Shown here one piece after another: positions 22,323-30,107 of a stretch of 30,107 bases of DNA; the stretch's first letter is position 1; every line of letters begins with the position of its first letter. Source of the DNA: Vicugna vicugna (lineage: Eukaryota); the NCBI GenBank assembly GCA_013265495.1, contig MU057654.1:297203-327309 (forward strand), written 5' to 3'. Made by a program: the position numbers and the translations under genes. The notes beneath the pieces were generated by a model. It was not told the origin of the DNA. It ran no database searches and was given only the letters and a program-made list of their open reading frames with translations.

Positions 22323-23049
22323 CAAATTAAATCTGACTTCAAGATTCTATCCCACTTGGCTGGTAGAAAATGCAATTGCAGTTGATTATTTTTTGTTGTT
22401 ATTGGGATGTTCTCCCTCCCCAAGCGCTCACCAAAGTCCAAGACTGCCCAGAAAATAGGGTACTATGATTGCTCCTAATATGTTCACTGTCCAAGTCTAG
22501 ATTGTTTCTAGAGAGCAGGGATCTGTACTGCTTCTGTGCCAAGATTAGTCTCAGGACTCTGCTGAGGCTAGAAGTTTCAATGTTTTGGGTCCAACACTCT
22601 TAAATGTATCACGGAAATGTTCTCCTCTGAGCACCACTGGGGAGTGGAGTTTTCACCTAACAGATGATCTGGAGACTGACTGCCAGCCCTCTTCTCCGTC
22701 TTGGAAAACTGTCTGGCTGCTTTCCTTCCCCCTCTCAATCACCTCTCGCCTAATAATTCCCTGCCTTCCCACAGCACCATCCTCCCTTGGAACTCAGGCT
22801 TTCAGAAAACAAAAGCCAGGAAGGGAGGTTGCTGGCAGACAACATCTGTTTTCAGCCCTATAGCACTGACTTCCCCAGGCGTAAAGAGTACAATAGGCAT
22901 GAATCCCTTTTTGAAATTGGGGAGCGGGACTGAAGGAGAAGAAAAATATAGTGAATCAAACACTAAATAATGAATTGATATTTCAATACATTCTCCTGCC
23001 ATAATATTTTTTACCAAATTGAGATCATAATAAAAAAAATAGTATATTT

Positions 23050-24250
23050 GCATGATTTTTAAAAACAATATACTATGTCAACAGTATACTTGAAAAACAT
23101 TGTTGTCAATAGTATTTCATTATTTGGAATAACCCAATGTATGTTTGTTGGTGTTTTAGGTTCAATCTTTATGTTCAACCTTTTTGTCATTTTAAATTAT
23201 GTTTCAATAATGAACCTTGTAACTAGACCATTTTGCATTTACATAATCTAATTTTTTCACATTAGCAATAGCTTTATTATTTTTGCTTAGAAATTGCTTA
23301 AGCAAATGTAAATTTTTTTAAATACAGAAATATAAAGTGAAAGAGCCCCATAATCTTTGCAGCCAGAGATAAACAGTTTGATGTATAATTTTCAAGATAT
23401 TTTCTGTGCATATTTAGCAATATTAATATTTAAATTTTAATTGAAAGAAAATTACTGTGAATTATTCATAACTTTGTAATCTTTTTCTGATGTAATATTG
23501 TGGACAGCTTTCATGTCTATGAGTATAGATTTGAAACATCCTTTTACAGGGCTTCATAGTATTCCACTGTATGATTAACCATAATACTTCTAACCATAAC
23601 CTTTAATAATTTAGAGTTTTCTTGTTTTCCTCCTACTACAAGAAACTCTTCAGTAAATAACATGTACATAAACCAGGGTACACACTTGATTGTTTCCTAG
23701 CAATAGAATTGCTGGATCAAAGGGTAAATACACTTACAATTTTGATACATAATATTAAATTACCTTAGGAAAAGCTGTATGTACATTGGGGCTCAAATTA
23801 ACAGAAACTGAGAAAACGTATTTCTTACACTCATTAACATGGCGTATTATCATTCTTTTTCATCTCAGATAATCTATACATTAAAAAATATTATTTTGTT
23901 TGTTGATTATTAGTGATGTTGAGCATTTTTTCCTTTGTTTATTGGCTATTTGTATTTCCATTTCTGTGAATAGCCCATGGGATGTTGTTTTCTTTTCCAT
24001 TTGTAAAAACGCTAAAGATATTAACTCTGAAGCATTTGTTGCAAGTATTTTCCCTGTTAGTTTTTTGCCTTTTACTTTGCCTACCAGACAGAAAATCATT
24101 ACTACATTGTTTTAATTTGTGTTTCTGATTACTGGTGAAGTTGAGCATAGTTTTATTGACACGTTTAGTATAATACTTTTTAAAAAGTATTCCAATCACA
24201 TATGGATTTATATGCCATTAAAATCAGTATCCTTTCAATTAAACAAAGCA
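23050..24250 (-). mobile_element. Decayed L1ME-type fragments
   Basis: tagaattgctggatcaaagggt; gattattagtgatgttgagcattttttcctttgtttattggctatttgtatttc; ORF 23881-24099 (-) IQIANKQRKKCSTSLII is L1 ORF2-like. Confidence 0.75.
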
Positions 24251-26761
24251 TGAAAAAGGAAACTGTTTTCAATGAAATCTGGTAAAGTTCAATATAGTTA
24301 TACAAAATAAAAGGATAAAGTTAATAATTTTTTTACCTATTTAGCTGATAACATGTTTCTTTAATTTTGAAATTCTAGGTCTTTTTTTCCCTTCTGGGGG
24401 AAATACTTTTTCATTGCACAGACTATAAAATATCATACAATGCAGAAATGGTATAAAATAAATTTAACAAAGTATCTGCTGTTACAACAAATGATTTGGA
24501 ACACTTTTACAAAAAAATCAAATCTCTCTCTTAATACCCTGATATTATGCTCAAGTTAACAAGTTGCTGTTTTCCTTTATGATAATTCCTAAGTGTGGAT
24601 TTTGTTCTTTAAATTTTTAAATTGGACACCTTTACAAACATTCAGCCTCAAAATGTGACAGAGTGAAGGTAGTGAGGATTTTCCTTGAAAGCAAATGCAT
24701 AAGTAGTGCAGGGCTGACAGTCTGTCCTATTTGGGAGGTGCTGGACAACTTGGAAAGGGTAGAAGGAAGCTGTCCTCGTGGCAATATCATATTCCTGAAT
24801 TTGGTTCCATGTGCCACCTCTACCCAGTCTTACATTTCCAAGTTTGGGATCCATTACCTTTTCTGCAGTGGCCGTTCTGTGGTGTGGGCTTTGATCTTAC
24901 TCTTCAAGACCTTGAAGAAAACACTCTTCTCCTATGTAAATCAAGGGGGTAAGATAATGAGACGTGAAAACACAGAGAATGGGGTGGGTGGTGGTTTCAT
25001 TCCCTTACCCTAACTCCATTCATGGAGTACATGTCTCAGTTGAATGGAAATGGTACAATCACGTTCTTCCCTCCCCCAGACCCATCAGGGCACTCATTCC
25101 ACTGTATAAAATGGCATTGACTGACAGTCAAAATAGAAACTTGTGTGTATTTCCCTTCTTCTCACCACATGCCTTCCAGATCATGCAGCTCCTCAAATAT
25201 AGTCACATCTGTAGTTCACACTCTTCTGCTCCCTTTACTACTAATGGGATACAGCCCCATCAGATTCCTGACTCTTGATAGATCCACCCTTAAAAAGTGT
25301 GAGCCCTTCTTCCTTTTCCCTTTTAATGTACAGCTCAGTTTCTGTCTTCACAGGCCCATTGAGGCTGGAAGGGAATGGGACCAAGGTCCCAAGTCAGACA
25401 GTGACTGTACCATCCTTATATTCCTGGGGCACTGGATGCCTCCCTATGAACACCCTTCTGATCCTGTTGGATCAGTCCAGGAGAGCAGAGAGGTGGCAAG
25501 ATCCTCCTCTGGGAAAGGGCTGTTTCTTGGCAAGATTTAGAACTCACAGGATCTGTTCAGTTCCAGCAGTTTTAAATGTGGAAAGATTTAGTCATAGAGT
25601 AAGCTAGTTCATGGAATAGATTCTTTTAAAGGAATTAATTTAAGCCCCCCAGCAAGGTGAGGGGTGTTGCCTCCAGTGAGGGTCAGGCAACGTGCTTCTG
25701 AGAAATGACCTCCACTCCCTGAGACTAATTGAGGAGGAGGGTGAAAAGAGAACCCCTGGATGAGGTCTTTCCTTGAGGGCCCTGGGGGAAGAAGAACCCC
25801 ATGTCCAGCATAATCCACCCAAAACAAGAGTAAGCCCAGAAGGAGATAACCACATGTGACAAAGCAGTGACTGGACCCTTGGTGGTGCTGCAGCATTTCT
25901 GCCCCCGTGCCCCAATACACTGGCAGAAAAGAATCACAAGTCATTTTTTCAATACAAATTGGGAAACACTAAATTAGCCAGGGAATAAAGTTTCTAGGAA
26001 AACTAGGACTAGCTCCTCTACCCAAGGCTTAACTGGAAGCCAAGACTCTGATGAGCAGCCCTGAATGCTAGGGTAATAAAGGAAGTTTCAGAAGGGAGAA
26101 AAATAGGCAGGTAATAATGAAGCCAGCCTGTTGCCAGGTCAACAGATATTGAACCCCTGTGGCCAGACTCTCTTTAGCCTCTTGCCCAAGTCATGCATCC
26201 CCATGAACTTAGAGTGAGTGAAAGAGGAGAGGACAACCCAGAGAATTTGTGACATGGGAAGGCTCGCTTCCTACACTTCAAAATTATGGACTCGTGCTGT
26301 TGGCAGAGTGAAGAGAAGCCTTCTTTGAGTGAGAAATCTGTCCATCACAATAGGTGGTTGGTCAGACACGGTTCCCTACCACTGTTTCATGTTGCAGCTG
26401 ATCCTCTCTCTTCTGCTCCTCATCACATTAGTGTTCTGCATGGCCTTTCAAATTTGGAAACAACGTTGGACAGCTTAATGCCAGGAGATGCAGCCTCCCT
26501 GAGATGAAAGAGTCTCAGACTCCATTGGCGTCAGCAGCTCTCAGAAGAAAAGAACAAAGGACAGAACACACTAAAAGAGAAGCTGGTGTAGTCCCTTACC
26601 ATCATCTTTGGTAATGAATAGCTAGCTCTGGCTTTGCTCAAAGAACCACGGGTCTCCACGCCATGTGACATATGAGCAGAACACATAAAACTCAGCAAAC
26701 TTCCTTGTCTCTGCCTCTGCATATTTTGTACAGGTTTTGTAAGTACCCATTACCATAAATA

Positions 26762-26978
26762 CCCTGTACTACGTGACAGGGATTGTGCTAAGTGCTCTAC
26801 TTGCGTCATCTAATTCTCAGCACCAGGCTATGAGGTAGCTACCACTATTATATTTGCTTTACCAAAGAGGAAGTGGAGGCTGAAGGGATTTGTCTGCAGC
26901 ACCAGCTAATTAAAAGTGACAAGGCTGGGACTCAAACCTCTTGAGTCCATATGACCCCTAGACTCTCACTTTCAACTC
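26762..26978 (-). mobile_element. MIR SINE
   Basis: ttgtgctaagtgctctac...ctatgaggtag...actattat...aaagaggaagtggaggct...ggctgggactcaaacc. Confidence 0.85.
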
Positions 26979-27102
26979 GTATGATGTTCTCTGGTGGGCA
27001 GGCAGTGTCAGTCTTCTGTGGTCCCGGGTGTACAACTTAGTGAGATGGGATGATTTCTCCTGGTCACTTCAATTTTCCCTTGGCTTAACATGAACTTATT
27101 TT

Positions 27103-28150
27103 ATTTTTGTTAACATTTTTATTGATTTATAATGATTTTACAATGTTGTGTCAAATTCCAGTGTAGAGCACAATTTTTCAGTTATACATGAACATATATA
27201 TATTCATTGTCATATTTTTTTCTCTGTGAGCTTCCATAAGATCTTGTATATATTTCCCTGTGCTATACAGTATAATCTTGTTTATCTATTCTACAATTTT
27301 GAAATCCCAATCTATCTCTTCCCGCTCCCCGCCCCCTTGGCAACCACAAGTTTGTATTCTATCTCTATGAGTCTATTTCTGTTTTGTATTTATGCTTTGT
27401 TTGTTTGGTAGGTTTTTTTTAGATTCCACATAGAAGCGATCTCATATGGTATTTTTCTTTCTCTTTCTGGCTTACTTCACTTAGAATGACATTCTCTAGG
27501 AACATCCATGTTGCTGCAAATGGCGTTATGTTGTCGGTTTTTATGGCTGAGTTGTATTCCATTGTATAAATATACCACCTTTTCTTTATCCACTCATCTG
27601 TTGATGGACATTTAGGCTGTTTCCATGTCTTGGCTATTATAAATAATGCTGCTATGAACATTGGGGTGCAGGTGTCATCCTGAAGTAGGGTTCCTTCTGG
27701 ATATATGCCCAGGAGCGGGATTCCTGGGTCATATGGTAAGTCTATTCCTAGTCTTTTGAGGAATCTCCATACTGCTTTCCACAGTGACTGCACCGAAGTG
27801 CCTTCCCACCAGCAGTGAAGGAGGGTTCCCTTTTCTCCACAGCCTCATTTGTCATTTGTGGATTTTTGAATGATGGCCATTCTGACTGGTGTGAGGTGAT
27901 ACCTCATTGTAGTTTTGATTTGCATTTCTCTGATAATTAGTGATATTGAGCATTTTTTCATGTGTCTATTGATCATTTGTATGTCTTCCTTGGAGAATTG
28001 CTTGTTTAGGTCTTCTGCCCATTTTTGAATTGGATTGTTTATTTTTTTCTTATTGAGTCGTATGAGCTGCTTATATATTCTGGAGATCAAGCCTTTGTCG
28101 GTTTCATTTGCAAAAAAATTTTCCCATTCCGTAGGTTGTCTTTTTGTTTT
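27103..28150 (-). mobile_element. Young 5'-truncated LINE-1 (about 1.05 kb), same family as 5851-7151
   Basis: ORFs 27845-28090 and 27419-27793 give the ORF2 C-terminus through ...EVSQKEKEKYHMRSLLCGI*. Degenerate TSD aacatgaacttatttt (27087-27102) / aacaagaacatctttt (28151-28166), 13 of 16 identical. Confidence 0.96.
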
Positions 28151-28364
28151 AACAAGAACATCTTTTAGACTGCAGCCTGGTGGAGAGTCAGGAGAGCCAA
28201 GCCTATTAGCATTTCATAAGTAGCCTGATGACACACTAGTAGAGAGTAGAGGGATTCTTTACACAGCAGCAAATAATGTTCTAGTTTTATTTTAATTTTT
28301 AAGGTATTTTTCCTTCAAATACACATCATAGCAAATTCATGTGAGGTGAATGATAACAAAATGC

Positions 28365-29055
28365 AATTTCTTTAGAATTTTCTATGTAGGTAATCATGTC
28401 ATCTGCAAATAGCAAGTTTTCTTTATTTCTGATCAGTGTGCCTTTGTTTCCTTTTCTTGCCTTATAATAATGGTTAGAACTTCCAGCACTGTGTTGAATA
28501 AGAGTGGCAAGAGTAGAAATCTTTCCTTGCTCCTGATCTTAGAGAAAAAGCATTCATTCTTTCACCACTGAGTACAGTGTTAGCTATAATCTTTTGTGGA
28601 TGCTCAGTATCAAGCCAAGGAACTTCCCTCCTTATTCCTAACTTGTTGAGAGTTCTTGTCATAGATGCTATTGATTTTTTCAAATTCTTCATCTCTGTCA
28701 ATTGATATATTATTTTCTTCTTTAGAATCTCCATACAGTGGATTACATTGGTTGGTTTTTGAATGTTGAACCAGACTTGCATCCTTGGAATAAACCACAC
28801 TTGATCATGGTATATACTTCTTTTTATATATTGCTGAATTCTATTTGCTAATATTTTGGTAAAGGTTTTTGTCTTTATATTCATGATGGATATTGGTCTT
28901 TTTTTTTTTCCCCTTTGTACTGTCTTTGTACTGGTTCTTTTATCAGGATAATACTAGCTTCATAAAATGAAAGTATTCCCTCCTCTTCTATTTTCTGGAA
29001 ACAGTGTTAATTCTTCTTTAAAGGTTTGGCAGAATTCTCTTATGAAGCCATCAAG
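28365..29055 (-). mobile_element. Old L1M ORF2 reverse-transcriptase-region fragment
   Basis: ORF 28474-28884: MNIKTKTFTKILANRIQQYIKRSIYHDQVWFIPRMQVWFNIQK...ANTVLSGERMNAFSLRSG, matching the L1 RT N-terminal subdomains. Confidence 0.93.
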
Positions 29056-29678
29056 GGAAATTAGCGTGATTCAGCCCTCTTTTGTTTTTAATGATTTTTG
29101 TTTAAGTCTTTGTCACTGAGGTCCCTTCTACTTTTTTCACCCTTAAAATGGGTGTTCCACTGTAATTTTACATTCACTTCAAAACTTAAGGTGTTTTACT
29201 TAGTGGGACTGTAAATCTGTCACATTCCTCTTCAGAACTATTGGGAGCTACATCCACAAACCCATGTCCTGCTAGAGGACCCATAGAGGACTGGAAGAGC
29301 TGGGAGTCTCTCTGAGATGCTGTAAGGGCTCCACTCTTGTCTCGGCTCCTCCCATGCCTTTCTGGAAAGTGGTGGGCTTTGGATTCTGTCTCCCAGGCTA
29401 GTGAAACAGATACTACAGAAAAAGCAATCAGTCTGAAGCTTAGAAATATAAGACCGACAAGAAGAGGTGGTGCAGGGAACCAAACTGAGGAATGTAAAAT
29501 TGCCATGGGACAACTTCCTCCTGCCCTTACCAAGCTGTATTCAGAATGTAAAACATAGTGTTTGGTTGGGCACTGGTATTATAGTTGGAACAAGTCAGGG
29601 GAAAATCCAAGGGAAACTTAATTTATACTGGCAACCTTTCTCTATTTAAAAAAATTCTCCCTTTAAAAAAGAACATTG

Positions 29679-30107
29679 ATGCTTTGGCAATTCTAGGTCT
29701 TTGATCGTTCCATATAAATTTTATTATGATTTGTTCTAGTTCTGTGAAATATGCCCTGGGTAATTGGATAGGGATTGCATTAAACCTGTAGATTGCCTTG
29801 GGCAGTGTGACCATTTTAACAATATTGATTCTTCCAATCCAAGAGCATGGAATATCTTTCCATTTTTTAAAGTCTTCTTTAATTTCCTTCATCAGTGGTT
29901 TATAGTTTTCTGTGTATAATTCTTTCACCTCCTTGGTTAGATTTATTCCCAGATATTTTATTACTTTGGGTGCTATTTTAAAGGGGATTGTTTCTTTACT
30001 TTCTTTTTCTGTTGATTTATCATTAGTGTAAAGAAATGCAACTGATTTTTGAACGTTAATTTTGTAACCTGCTACCTTGCTGAACTCTTCAATCAGCTCT
30101 AGTAGCT
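29679..30107 (-). mobile_element. Very young L1 ORF2 segment (late RT/thumb), open frame, continues beyond the window
   Basis: Uninterrupted translation [29 protein letters not shown]...[59 protein letters not shown]...[14 protein letters not shown]. Confidence 0.97.

Noticed and set aside
22330..22970. Unique GC-richer island with 88-92 aa ORFs
   Set aside because: Mostly non-ATG starts, no homology I recognise and no coherent splice pair. It may be regulatory, but the sequence alone does not support that.
26326..26328. In-frame TGA as selenocysteine or programmed readthrough
   Set aside because: No SECIS-like hairpin identified downstream, and the context TGA-GTG is not the TGA-CTAG readthrough motif.
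1..30107. CRISPR array, tRNA/rRNA genes, operon-like or other prokaryotic systems, full-length active L1
   Set aside because: No regularly spaced repeats or structured RNA genes seen. The sequence is mammalian, and every L1 within the window is a fragment.

Overview
AT-rich, CpG-poor placental-mammal genomic DNA, mostly decayed transposable elements. I found no recognisable protein-coding gene, RNA gene or CRISPR-like system. It holds about 20 LINE-1 fragments of very different ages on both strands, including young 5'-truncated copies at 5851-7151 (+) and 27103-28150 (-) and a stop-free ORF2 piece running off the right edge. It also holds L2 and MIR relics, an ERVL (LTR16-like) solo LTR, a hAT-Charlie-type MITE, a MADE2-like Mariner MITE, a probable RTE-clade relic and several microsatellites. 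Most ORFs in the track are L1 ORF2 remnants, antisense shadows of them, or chance ORFs. The L1 3' UTRs look cetartiodactyl-like and I see no Alu, B1, Bov, PRE-1, CHR or CAN SINEs, which suggests a camelid (inference). The most interesting unexplained signals are: a ~74%-identical inverted pair of non-L1 segments (24745-24870 and 29411-29538); a 74-codon frame with one internal stop ending in a clean transmembrane helix (26254-26478); a predicted twin-priming inverted L1 at the right edge; and a few short intron-like units in unique islands. All repeat family names come from recalled consensus sequences, not a database search, and boundaries of old elements are approximate.
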